A DNA stretch of 63,839 nucleotides, the filler included, from Aduncisulcus paluster (lineage: Eukaryota): assembly GCA_024181965.1 (NCBI GenBank). It is 9 parts of 9 records of this genome, joined end to end, with 100 filler letters (N's around TTAATTAATTAA, not from the genome) between each part and the next. Parts side by side here need not be neighbours in the genome. Positions count along the whole stretch, not along the records: positions 41,405 to 53,078 come from BQXS01010055.1; positions 53,179 to 60,442 come from BQXS01010056.1; 7 more parts are not named here. One strand, given 5' to 3'. The position numbers and the translations under genes are program-made. Below, in pieces: positions 48,961 through 60,199 of the stretch; position 1 is the stretch's first letter, and every line of letters begins with the position of its first letter. A model generated the notes under the pieces. The model had not been told where the DNA came from. It saw only the letters and a list, made by a program, of their open reading frames with translations, and did no database searches.

Positions 48961-49248
48961 AAGCCTCTCTGATATCCTCCGATTAGACCGTGTGATGTGG
49001 AATAAGTCGTCAGTCTCCTTGCAATTACAGAGTAGAAGGCTCTCTGTGATGTGTTACTTAACTTGCATATTGGTCTCCATCTTACCTACGTGCTCTTGTA
49101 ATTATGGATCCCCAACGGATTAGCAATTTACATGTGAGCATCAGCAACCTTAATATAATAATATCTACCAAGAATACCCTGAGTAGCTGACTTTTATTCA
49201 TCGATTGCAATAGATGGGGAGTATAGTTATATATAGTAGGTAGGTATC

Positions 49249-51151
49249 CTATTTCTTTCGTGGAATTTTTTTTGTTTTCTTATCTTTTAATTCATATTCT
49301 TTTCTATATTTGTTGATTTCTTTCCTGCTGAGAGAAACTTTGAATATTTTATCAATAAAAATATCGGGTGAGATTGCACATTGCCTTGGGAAGTTCTGGA
49401 GGCATCGAATGGTGCCCTCAAAGCCAAGAGCAAGTATGCTTATCCCATCTTTTCCCCAAACTTCATCATTGGTCCCATAGTCATCGCAATCATGCAATGT
49501 ACAGTCGTGTTCTCCCTTGTCAATAACATGTACTCCATCCGGATCCTCCGACGAGTGACTCTCTTCCATTGTCCCAGAACTATGTCTCTCCTCACATTGG
49601 ACAGTTGAGTACATGGTCATCGGGGTGGGTGGAGCACTGCTTTGGGAGGCAGCAGAAAGCATATCAATATCACTAACATGTGGAGTAAGCGAACTGGAAT
49701 CGGGAACCATGGGAACAGTGCCATCAGCAATAGTACTAGACGTAGAGGTCGATATGGATGCATCAGGAGTGGTTTTGGAAACAATAATTGTCTTGATTGG
49801 GCTGGATGACTTCGATTTGGCCTTAATAGCTTGTTGCTCTTTCAAACGAAGTTTCCGCTTTTTTATCTCTTCTTCTTTCCTTTTCTTCTTCCATTTTGCA
49901 ATGGTCTTTTTATCTTTTAGTCCTTTTTGCATCTCTTTAAGAAGCATTAGAGCGACACGATATAATATCTTCTCACCTTCCACCATGAAACAATCAAGCA
50001 CACGAACGACAAGGGAGAAGGGAAGGGTGGACGTAAACAAGGTCATGAACCACGGGGCTGCAAAAAACGATGACTCAATATCAAGCTCTTTAAGGTGGGC
50101 GGACAGATCAGGGAAATGGTGGGCAACGAGTTGGTCAAGGATGTATTGCCGCTCCAAAACACCCCGAAGAGATGAACGGTAGATATCTTTCATCGATTCG
50201 AGGACTCTAACAAACAACCAAAAGGCCTCTTCTTCACTCATATACATAAGGAACACAGAAGCTATAAATCCCATTCCTTGGCAATATCCGGTCTCCCGAT
50301 CATGAATACTATATGCCTNNNNNNNNNNNNNNNNNNNNTGACTCAATATCAAGCTCTTTAAGGTGGGCGGACAGATCAGGGAAATGGTGGGCAACGAGTT
50401 GGTCAAGGATGTATTGCCGCTCCAAAACACCCCGAAGAGATGAACGGTAGATATCTTTCATCGATTCGAGGACTCTAACAAACAACCAAAAGGCCTCTTC
50501 TTCACTCATATACATAAGGAACACAGAAGCTATAAATCCCATTCCTTGGCAATATCCGGTCTCCCGATCATGAATACTATATGCCTTAAGAAGTCGGAAC
50601 AATTTCTCCATGCCCATGTGTCGACGACCAACAAGAAATACGTTCTGTGGGAAAGTTCGACCAATATCTTTGATAATAGTTATTTCCGCTGACGGATTTG
50701 ATCCAACAAGATATTTTGACCAGTATATATTATCTTTTATATCTCTGGATTCACAATATTTTTTAAAATCACAATCAGAAGAGCGAATTCTTTGCCAAAA
50801 GACTCCACGGAACTTACTGGGAACTCCTTGACGAACAATTGTCTTTAATTTGTTTCTTTGCTTTTCATGAAACCAAAATTTGTCATTTTTAAAGATAATA
50901 TCGGCCCACTGTTGGATTTTTTGATTGGCTTGAGATTTCTTCGAACTCCCACAATGAGACTGTTTAGTATCCTTATCAAGGCTTTTTCCACTCCCAGCTG
51001 GCGTACTTGGAGAAAAACATCTCTTAGATTCTTCTTCTTCTGTTGAAATAAACCCATACCGATCAGGATGCGATTGGGCAGGAAGGGGCGGGACACAAGA
51101 CAAAACATACTTCAATTCTTTCTTTAAAGTTGGAGTTGAAGCATGATGCAT
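49249..51151 (-). CDS. TBC-domain Rab GTPase-activating protein
   Basis: GVPSKFRGVFW, IIKDIGRTFP (R finger), GYCQGMGF (Q finger) and WFMTLF...VRVLDCFMVEG; one frame after collapsing the overlap at 50319-50338. Confidence 0.92.
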
Positions 51152-52664
51152 TTTATAAAAGTTGAGTTGTTATCAAAGTATCACTTAATTGGAAAAGTGG
51201 AAAATCCGACTCCCTTCGGTATAAATTCGTTCGAATGATGACTTGAGAGAATTAATCACGATTTATTTCAAAGGGAAAAATAAACAAAACGTGATATTTA
51301 ATGGGTCTGCTAACCTTTTTGTAGTTCTTCGATCCTGAGTTATACACCGACAAGAAGATACAATAATTGGATACAATAAACTGATTATCATATTATTATT
51401 CGTAAAATGTATCTTATTCTTGCAACTTTATCAGATGGCCCCGAGCACAGAAAAACAAGCTAAATAGGGCAGCAATATCATATAAAATAACCATATTTGT
51501 AAGAAAGAATAGAAAGTGTAGAAATGTCTGATATTTTTTGATATTGAACCCTCCCTTTTCTCAGCCACCGCCGGTGGAAATTTTTTTTTGTTGTTTTTGT
51601 TTTTTATATAAAAATGAAAGAAATGTACAGTGCAACCACCGTACAGGGGGGACCCCCACGGATGGGGGTAAAAGGGGGGAATTTTACTCATAGATAGATA
51701 GGAGATTGGTGAAGTGAAGAATAAAAAGAATAGACTTCATAGGACCAGACCCAGTTCTAGTTCTCTTCTTATGTTTCAAGGAGAAGAGAAAAGCTTGGAT
51801 TCGGCAAAACAAAGAAAAGATCACGAATCGAGAATCACCATCCAAGAATAAGAAGATGTGACACACAGATTGGGGGAACAGCATTGATATAATTGATGTT
51901 ATTGATGTGTTATTCGAGATTCAAATGAGTAAAGCGAGGGGCAGTTGTGGCATTTTCTCAATTATTTTCAGAGACAATGGGTGGAAACCAGGAGCAACGA
52001 ACAGAACCAGAGTGTTTTTAGTTTGAAGCAGTATTTTATGGAGTAGTATGGCAAATATCAAACGTTTGAGTTCAATTTTATGACAATAAAAAGAACAATA
52101 ACGTGTCAAAAGGTTCGAGAGCCAAACAGATATCATTGACACAATAACAAGCAGTAGAGAGAATAATACCATGGACTTCGAGTTGCAATGACTTTAAGCT
52201 ACATTTCTATCATGATACTCGAGGAATATCGGGGAAAATATTCTTAAGACGTTGTACAATGAAGATGTTATGAATGACACAGTATAAAGAGGAATCAAAT
52301 CAATAAATCCATGCCATTTGCTCCACAAAATGTTTTCGGGATGAAATTATACCTTTTATCATGTTTTATCCTCTAATTCTCATTGATAAAAATTTCATCC
52401 CTAGAAAGAACATAAAACATCATAATTCGAAGTTTAGAATTGAATATTTCAGTTAACAGTAATCAGCAACAATACATTTTGGTGGGAATCACTTTCAATA
52501 GAATTGTATATTGTCAGAAAGATCTAAGATCTCAGATCGAAAGGCTTACGTTGACAGATCGTCGGAGCGTCTTTATTTATGTTCAAATAAATTTGTGTAT
52601 TTATTTTATAGTGGTGCATCCTGAATATTTTTTTTATGGGTCATCAGAGACCTATGAATTCAAT

Positions 52665-53078
52665 TCACTTTGCTTTACTTTTCGATACCTTTAAGGCTCT
52701 TTTCTTAACATTCTTTTTCATTTTCCCTTTTCTTTTTTCACGATTTGCTTCCTTTTGTAATTTTTTAAACTCTTTCCACTCTTCTTTGCTCATATCTTTC
52801 CTACTGATTGTTATAGCACCTTCCTCTTCCTCCTCTTCCTCCTCTTCCTCTTCCTCTTCTTCCACCTTCTCACTTTCCTCTTTCTCTTCCTCTTCTTTCT
52901 CCTTTCGATCTTCAACTAAATGCACCAAATTCATATAAATGTCCGAAGGGAGTTGGAATATTTTTTCTCCATACTCTGTTAGAGATCGTGGAATATGTGA
53001 GTGCAAGAAAAAGTCGACATCTTCCTCTTCAGCTCTTTCGGTGGAATATCTATATACTTTCGATATCAAAACATCATC
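52665..53078 (-). CDS. RIO1: RIO1 kinase C-terminal tail (5' part lost at linker)
   Basis: FLHSHIPRSLTE and KEEWKEFKKLQKEANREKRKGKMKKNVKKR match the RIO1 C-terminal motifs. Confidence 0.75.
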   Translation of the reverse strand, partial: DDVLISKVYRYSTERAEEEDVDFFLHSHIPRSLTEYGEKIFQLPSDIYMNLVHLVEDRKEKEEEEKEESEKVEEEEEEEEEEEEEEGAITISRKDMSKEEWKEFKKLQKEANREKRKGKMKKNVKKRALKVSKSKAK

Positions 53079-53180
53079 NNNNNNNNNNNNNNNNNNNNNN
53101 NNNNNNNNNNNNNNNNNNNNNNTTAATTAATTAANNNNNNNNNNNNNNNNNNNNNNNNNNNNNNNNNNNNNNNNNNNNGC

Positions 53181-53963
53181 CGGATTGGTGTCTGTGAGGA
53201 TGACGATGCTCACTCTGTTGCCACTAGTTTTGCAAGGACGTATGGACTAAGCGACGGCGTGAGGGAGAGCGTTGAGAAACTGATTCGGAAGAAGAGAGAA
53301 GAATGGATTGCCATGAAAATGGAAGAGAAAGTGGAGGAAGAGATGGAGAAAGAGCGCCAGGAGAAGATGCGTCTTCAGCAAGAAAAGCTTCATCTCCATA
53401 GAAAGCTACATGGAGGTGAGCATGGAGGTGAGTATGGACAGGAAGGAGATGAGCATGAAGAAGGGGAGATGGGAGATGATGATGATATGGAGGATGGTTA
53501 CAATGGTAATGGTCATTTCCACCATTCGTCGCTCTCTGGAGATGGTGATTCTTACGATCATCGAGAAGAGTATGGAACTGTCGATGATTTGGAAGGAGGT
53601 GAAGAAGAGGAGGAAGAAGAAGAAGAGGAGGAGGAAGAAGGACGTGGTGCTGATCGTGATGCTCTGAATCCTTCTCCTCCCTTTGAGCAAGATGATGAAG
53701 ATATGTTGGAGGAAGAAAGGTGGGTTGATGGGTTACCTAGTGTTCTTCCTGCACTCGACAATGGGGTTAATGAGCTTGATGGCGACCAGGGAATTGAATA
53801 TGAACTCCAATCTCACCTTGAAGACGGATATGCCGGAGAAATTAGAGCCCATGGACAAATCAGTGGATACAGCGAGAAAAGTGCTTTAGAATTAGAGTTA
53901 GAAAAAGATACTGGAATATTAAAGAAAGAGGACCTTGGTGATGAAGAAATTCATCTCTACTGA
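53181..53963 (+). CDS. Acidic C-terminal fragment of an uncharacterised protein
   Basis: Frame open from the linker (RIGVCEDDDAHSVATSFARTYGLS...) to TGA at 53963. Confidence 0.65.
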   Translation, partial: RIGVCEDDDAHSVATSFARTYGLSDGVRESVEKLIRKKREEWIAMKMEEKVEEEMEKERQEKMRLQQEKLHLHRKLHGGEHGGEYGQEGDEHEEGEMGDDDDMEDGYNGNGHFHHSSLSGDGDSYDHREEYGTVDDLEGGEEEEEEEEEEEEEGRGADRDALNPSPPFEQDDEDMLEEERWVDGLPSVLPALDNGVNELDGDQGIEYELQSHLEDGYAGEIRAHGQISGYSEKSALELELEKDTGILKKEDLGDEEIHLY

Positions 53964-54327
53964 GACTCAATGTTTTTTTTATTGTGATTAGAGGAAAATA
54001 AACGACAAATTTATTCAAGGTTCTTGAAAATTAATGTTTTTTATGGTAGAATTTTTGGAAGAAAGGTCTTTGTGATTACTATTTTTTGATTTTGATAAAA
54101 TTTTCATTTTGGCTTCTCTGCAATTATAAAATACATGAAATATTAAAGTAATAATATTAAATTTACTTTTATAAATAATGAGTACCTTAATTTGTTATAA
54201 TTGACTGGTTGCTCGGAGTAACTATTCACGTTGATCAATGAGGGAGAATTTTTTTATTCTATATTTCATGTTTTGTTTGGCTTTATTCTGGTTTTTGTAT
54301 TTTTGTAATTATTTATCTATCTTTTAA

Positions 54328-54474
54328 ATGACTCAAACCACTTCTAAGCTTCCTCTTTACCTCCGTCTCCAAAACATGCGTTCTCAGCGTGTTGCTTACA
54401 CCTGCGCCCAGAGAACATACTATTACGTTGATCCTGCTGTGCGTAATTGTGTTGCAGTTTCTTCCCAGAGATAA
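54328..54474 (+). CDS. Candidate 48-aa microprotein MTQTTSKLPLYLRLQNMRSQRVAYTCAQRTYYYVDPAVRNCVAVSSQR
   Basis: ATG-to-TAA ORF coinciding with a GC-elevated island in AT-rich DNA; below the ORF-track size cut-off. Confidence 0.4.
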   Translation: MTQTTSKLPLYLRLQNMRSQRVAYTCAQRTYYYVDPAVRNCVAVSSQR

Positions 54475-54979
54475 TTCCTCTTCTTTTTACTCCTGGAATA
54501 ATATTACCAATCAGTCTAAAATGTCTCTATTTCTTCGAAAACTGAAAAATTCCATGTTTATTTACGGATAAACTTCTTAATTTTGCGGAAAATGGTCTAT
54601 ATTGGGTTTAAACGGGACTCAATTCCTCTGTAAACAAAAATGGTTCTTTGAACCTGGAAAATTCAAAATCTTAGAAATTTAAATGGTTTATTTTAATCTT
54701 TCATTCTTAGAGATGAATGTTTGTACGATAAGTTGAACAAAAAAACACTTGGATCGAATATGTAATATTATTGAGTGAAATTCACTCTTGTCATCACTAA
54801 TAAAATTATTTCAATCAAAACTATTGCCTTTGCTTCTTCTTTTCCTAATGAAACAGCCAAGAATATTTGCAAAGAATCAATATAAAGTCCTATGGTGAGA
54901 TCCAAGAGCAATTCGTACATAATTCTTTTTCCGGCATTCAATTGGTATCGCGCGAATTGAATATAATCAAATTAATTAA

Positions 54980-56281
54980 TTAGAGATCTTCCTTACTCAG
55001 ATCTTCGACATTTTGATAATCGTATTCTTCTTCTTCTTCAAAATGTTCCCCGTGTTCGTGATCATGTTCGTGATCATGTTCGTGATCATGTTCCTCGTGA
55101 TGATGTTCGTGATCTTCACCTACAAAAGGTATCTCGATGGGAAGAACAGACCCATCAAATATCCCCTCTAAGGCAATACTAATCTTCTCAACCATTCTAT
55201 TTTGGGCATCTTCAGAGCTCACGTCTTCATCTGAAAGAAGACCAGGGAATGACCAGAAGATGTTCTTTGAAGGATATACGCACACGATACCGGGTATTTC
55301 TTCAGGTGTAAGATCAAATAAGGCAAGATCGCCGGAATAAACATCAAAATCCATAAATGAGAATGTAAAGATGGAATCTTCCATAATTGCAAGCTCGTGG
55401 AGTATTCTAACATAATTCAGCCATTTAGCATTGGAATCTTTGTGAAGGGCAAGGATAACAATGGGGATTTCGGGGAGAATAGCAAACTCATGGAAATTCA
55501 TCGCGGTAAGTTCCACTATAGAAGGTCGATAGTTATCAAAAATAAACTTCTCAAGCTCATTTTCACCTCCCCTTGCAGTGAATTCGATCACTTTCCCCTC
55601 TTTAATGCAATAAAATCCATGAGTAAGCGTTGCAAGTGGGGTTTCAAGTTCAAATAATAATTCTGGAGCTATCACACCAAATTTAGTCAAACCTTTCCTA
55701 AATGTCGCCGCAATTTCGATTGCAGCTTGCTCTTCTTTGGAAGGATCAACAACAACGAAGGAAGGAAGTATAGGATGGAGGAAATTATGTTGGTTTTCAA
55801 GAGAAACTGGAACAAGCGTATTGCCTTCCATTTGATCAATCCAATCGATCAAAACATCTTCAGAATTAGGATTTTCCTCGAAATTGTAAACATGCCCATC
55901 AAGCGTATAAAGAGAAATGGTTGGGAGAGTTGTGATTCCATAATGACGGCATAATACAGATGAATCGCAGTTAATAGCAAGGAATGTTATGTTTGTATAA
56001 TAATTTGAGGCAGATTCAAAGATAGGCAAAAATGAGCGGCAATGAGGACACCAATCAGCATAGAACTATGGAGAATAAGAAAAATAAACTAATTGATCCT
56101 AAAAGGAAGAAATATGATCTTTAATAATTGATAAAAACCAACATACCTTAATAATAGTGTCAGACTCGTTCATAATTGAGAAAAGAGTGTCTTCATCTGT
56201 AATTTCAATTACTTCTCCAAATGAAGAATAAACCAGAGAACACAAGAGAATGATAATGGCAAACAAAGAATGATTGAGCAT
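54980..56281 (-). CDS. Protein disulfide isomerase/thioredoxin-domain ER protein; exon 1 56281-56147, intron 56066-56146
   Basis: Signal peptide; splicing GTATGT...TAG gives IIK-FYADWCPHC; His/acidic tail ending KEDL. Confidence 0.88.
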
Positions 56282-56814
56282 GTTATAATGTCCAAATCAG
56301 GAGAAAGGGGGCTGAAAATTTTATATTAGCATAGATTTATCTTCACGATCATCAATAATAACTTTCTAGAGTTATATATGGGGTTGTTTCATAAATTTTT
56401 AAAAAACATGATGAACTATGTTGTATTCGCTCTCTGGGAACAATTTTATCGTTTTCTCGTCAGATATTAATGTCATTGAATTTCACATCATATGACAACA
56501 TTTTATTTGTATTGAACAATCTGAGATGACTTTTATTTGTGAACTGTATATTGAATAATCATGAGATAGTGAATCGAAAGCTCCATTTTTGTATTGATGA
56601 AGAACAATGGAATATCTTTTGGGAAAAATAAAAAGCCATTATATTTATTTACACGAAATATATGTCATATTAGGATAGAATAAAAGTATTCTGAGGGATA
56701 CCTCAAATTTGAACTTAGACACGTTTTGTAATCCATTATTACTTAAAACTCATTTGATTTTGCATCTAGTGTGGTTTTAATTCTCGAATATTTCTGTAGT
56801 TTTGTTTTAATTTG

Positions 56815-59577
56815 ATGGGTCGTACGAAACCAAAAATACTTTCTTCAGAAACTAACGTTTTACTATCAGAAATCTCTTGTTATTGTATTCTTGATCGAAT
56901 GGGGGACGTAGAATCGCAGCTTGTTACACTTAAAGGAAGTGAAGACTTTTGTGTTGTATTTGAAAACTTTTTCAACAATTGGTATAGGTATCGCCAATCA
57001 TTCCGATCTCACGTGAAGCTACATTCCAAGATCACCCCTGAACGATTTCCTCGTCCTATTTGTAAGGTTTATTTTGATGATTCCTACCTTGATGATCATA
57101 AATTAGAGAGAAGAGAATGTGGTTATGTCAGAGAATACTGTGTTGGAGGAAATATTGTAGAATTTGCAAAGTCTTGGTGTAGTGATGGAAAGTATTGTGT
57201 GGATTTTGAAGATGATAAGGAAGAAGAAAGCTCAAGTTCTTCTATTGATTCATGGGCTGACTATCATTCAAGTTCTGACTCTGATTCAAGTTCTGACTCT
57301 GATTCAAGTTCTGACTCTGAGAGTTCATCCCACAAGCACTTTTCATTCTACGATCTGAAAAAAATGAACCCTGTTAAATTGAGTTCTGTCTGTGTTGAGA
57401 TGATTGAGTGTCTTGATGATATATTATTGGCAAAGGAGGAATTTGTTTATCGAAATATTGAACCTGAAAGCTTTCTTGTTAGAGTTTGTCCTGATTCTAA
57501 CAAATGTTCTGCTGTTCTCATAAGTCATAATTTTGAGCCTATAGAAGAAGATGAATGTCTACCTTCTCTTGAATGTGATTTTGCAAAGATAGAGGCGATC
57601 GTGGTTGCGAACTTGCACCAGCCTCCTGAAGTTTTTTTGGAAGGTTTATTCGATAGACCTTCAGATGCATACGCAGTTGGTATATCTATCTTATCACTAT
57701 TTTATGGTGAAAATCCTTTGATAAATGATCCAATATTGCAAAATTTTCTCATTCATCAGAAGTATAGACAATCCAAGGATGAAGGAATTCAAGATTTGAG
57801 TAAGAGACGGGAAAGATGGAGAAGATTTCAGAGTGAAATATTTGATGGTTTACGTATTATAAAACATATCATCGAAGAAGGTCGTACACCTAAGCTCTCT
57901 TCATCTCCTCTCTTCAGATCCCTCAATACCATTGATGGTGGAAAATATGAGCCTGTTTTCAATTGTTTGAATGAAATATTTGAGGGTTTGACGAAATTTG
58001 ATCCTTATGACCGGATGAGTATTCATAATGCTCGTAAGAAGGTTCAGTCAATCAAACATCTCCTTCCAAGCTTTGGCAAAGGATGGGAAGCTCCCAAAAT
58101 TGAGGATGTCATTGTTGAGAAACTTGAGAAATACCGTCCAATTGATTCATCTGAGGACGAAGATTCATGGCCATTTGATAGTATTAATTCATTGGATAAT
58201 TCCCAACCTGAATCCACCAAATTAATTCTCAAACCTGCCGAAACCTCATCAAAACCTCCTCCAACGCTCTTCCCCGAGAAAGAACAGGATCTTTCATCCA
58301 AAACTGTAGTTCCCAAATCTCCACCACAACCTTCACCACAACCATCACCCAAACCTTTTCATGACCCTCCCATGCCCCTCCCCAAAACCTTGACCTCCTC
58401 TTCTTGTCTCACTCCTCTTTGTATCATTGGGAGAGGAGGCTTTGGTGTTGTCATCCTCACTCGTGTTGAATATCCAGGTACATCGTTCCCTTCATCCTTG
58501 TGTGCTCTGAAGTGCATGAAGAATCTTGAAACAAGTGCAAACAATGCCAAATGTGTGAAGAACATGAAGAAAGAATTCGCTCGTCAAGATCGTCTATATT
58601 CTATTCCAGCCATCCAAAGCTGTGTTCCCCGTCCTCTGCACATTCTTGATCTGCTTGACTCTGATCAGAAAGGGACGTTAGGGATCATGATGGAGTTCTG
58701 TCGAGGTGGCAATGTCATGGAGTTTGCGATGAGTTGGGCTGTTGATCTCTCTAAATGTGACCCTTCTTTTGATGATGAAGAGGACCTTGTGTATGATCCT
58801 GTGAAGATTGCATCCTTGTGTGTTGCCATCATCGAGTGTGTCTCTGATGTGTTTACTGCAAAGGAGCAACTTGTTCATCGCGACATTAAACCTGATAACT
58901 TCCTTGTTCGGTATGATGCTTCGAAAGGAGAGTGTAAGGTTGTTCTCGGAGATTTGGGTCTTGTGAAGATTCGTGATACAATGTCTCAGCTATCGTCCTT
59001 CAACACATCAGAGCATTCCACAAAAGACACTGAATCAGGTTCTGCACATGTTTCATTTTCATACAAACCATCGATTGTGGGCACTCTGTGTTACAATGCT
59101 CCTGAGAGTTTGAAGAATGCGTTATATACCCAACGCAGTGATGCATGGGGAGTTATTCTGACGATCTGGTCCCTCTTCAATAGGATGCAGCATCCATTCA
59201 TGTCTCATCCTGCAATCGCTGGAATTCCTGCTAGTGACGATTCTGACTTGAAATTGTGCTCCAGACTAAGTTATCTTGTGTCCAAGCCAGAATGTCTCCC
59301 ACAACTCCTCGATAGTGATATATTCCGTGACCTTGAAACTCTCGATGGTGGGAAGTACAAGGAAGTGTATAAAGTGTTTCTTGAGGTATTTGCTGGACTC
59401 TTGAACCCAGACCGTTTCAAACGAATGATGATCCAAGAAGCCCGTGCATTGACCGATAAGATCAAACATTTGCTCCCTGATGTTGGAGAAGGGTGGGAAT
59501 GTCCACCTCTCGAGGAGTACATTGAATGTCAGCTTGAAGAGTATGAAGGAGAAACGGGTGAACGCTACATCAAATAA
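56815..59577 (+). CDS. Tandem pseudokinase plus Ser/Thr protein kinase (lineage-expanded family)
   Basis: The C-terminal domain has IGRGGFG, ALK, HRDIKPDN, DLG, GTLCYNAPE and SDAW. The N-terminal paralogous domain has EYCVGG, YRNIEPES and SDAY but no G-loop, HRD or DFG. Confidence 0.9.
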   Translation: MGRTKPKILSSETNVLLSEISCYCILDRMGDVESQLVTLKGSEDFCVVFENFFNNWYRYRQSFRSHVKLHSKITPERFPRPICKVYFDDSYLDDHKLERRECGYVREYCVGGNIVEFAKSWCSDGKYCVDFEDDKEEESSSSSIDSWADYHSSSDSDSSSDSDSSSDSESSSHKHFSFYDLKKMNPVKLSSVCVEMIECLDDILLAKEEFVYRNIEPESFLVRVCPDSNKCSAVLISHNFEPIEEDECLPSLECDFAKIEAIVVANLHQPPEVFLEGLFDRPSDAYAVGISILSLFYGENPLINDPILQNFLIHQKYRQSKDEGIQDLSKRRERWRRFQSEIFDGLRIIKHIIEEGRTPKLSSSPLFRSLNTIDGGKYEPVFNCLNEIFEGLTKFDPYDRMSIHNARKKVQSIKHLLPSFGKGWEAPKIEDVIVEKLEKYRPIDSSEDEDSWPFDSINSLDNSQPESTKLILKPAETSSKPPPTLFPEKEQDLSSKTVVPKSPPQPSPQPSPKPFHDPPMPLPKTLTSSSCLTPLCIIGRGGFGVVILTRVEYPGTSFPSSLCALKCMKNLETSANNAKCVKNMKKEFARQDRLYSIPAIQSCVPRPLHILDLLDSDQKGTLGIMMEFCRGGNVMEFAMSWAVDLSKCDPSFDDEEDLVYDPVKIASLCVAIIECVSDVFTAKEQLVHRDIKPDNFLVRYDASKGECKVVLGDLGLVKIRDTMSQLSSFNTSEHSTKDTESGSAHVSFSYKPSIVGTLCYNAPESLKNALYTQRSDAWGVILTIWSLFNRMQHPFMSHPAIAGIPASDDSDLKLCSRLSYLVSKPECLPQLLDSDIFRDLETLDGGKYKEVYKVFLEVFAGLLNPDRFKRMMIQEARALTDKIKHLLPDVGEGWECPPLEEYIECQLEEYEGETGERYIK
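57267..57320 (+). repeat. Three copies of an 18-nt coding repeat (TCAAGTTCTGACTCTGAT; SSSDSD)
   Basis: Read directly within the kinase gene. Confidence 0.85.
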
Positions 59578-60199
59578 GTGCAGAGTTGAGGTTGTGTGTT
59601 TGTTGTTCAAGTTGATAATGGAGGGGATCGTGATTTGGATTCCTTGATATTGTATCTGTATTCAAAATGTACTTGCAAGTAAATTACTTGGTATTGGTGA
59701 CCATATTCCGAATAAAATGAAATGAAATTCCAAGACTTCCTGTCATCATAAAACAGACTACCTCAAGCAGTGGCTTGGTATTTGTGTTCATATGGAACAA
59801 TTGATCAAGTGTGATCAAGAATTGAGGCAACTTATCCCATGTCATGAGTTTTACCGGTAACGAGTGAACTTTCTTTTGGAAAAGTTTCTCGGATCACAGA
59901 AATAATAGAAATTCAAGAAAGATTTTTATTGGAGAAATTGAATCTCAAAGAACCCAATAGACATCGTGTTAGTATGATGGTATTACAATGTTGTTTATTT
60001 ATTATTGACAGAAACTATTATTATTATTTATTATTTTGAAGTTATCATCTTATTATATTAAAGGATTAAAAATGTTTTATTTTTTGGTTCCGGTTTGGTT
60101 TCAAATCCAAAAACTGGGAATTTATATTTTATTTCAAAATAGTAAATTTGCTCCAAGCATAAATTCTGTAGAACAGCTAACAATAATATTATTGAACAA

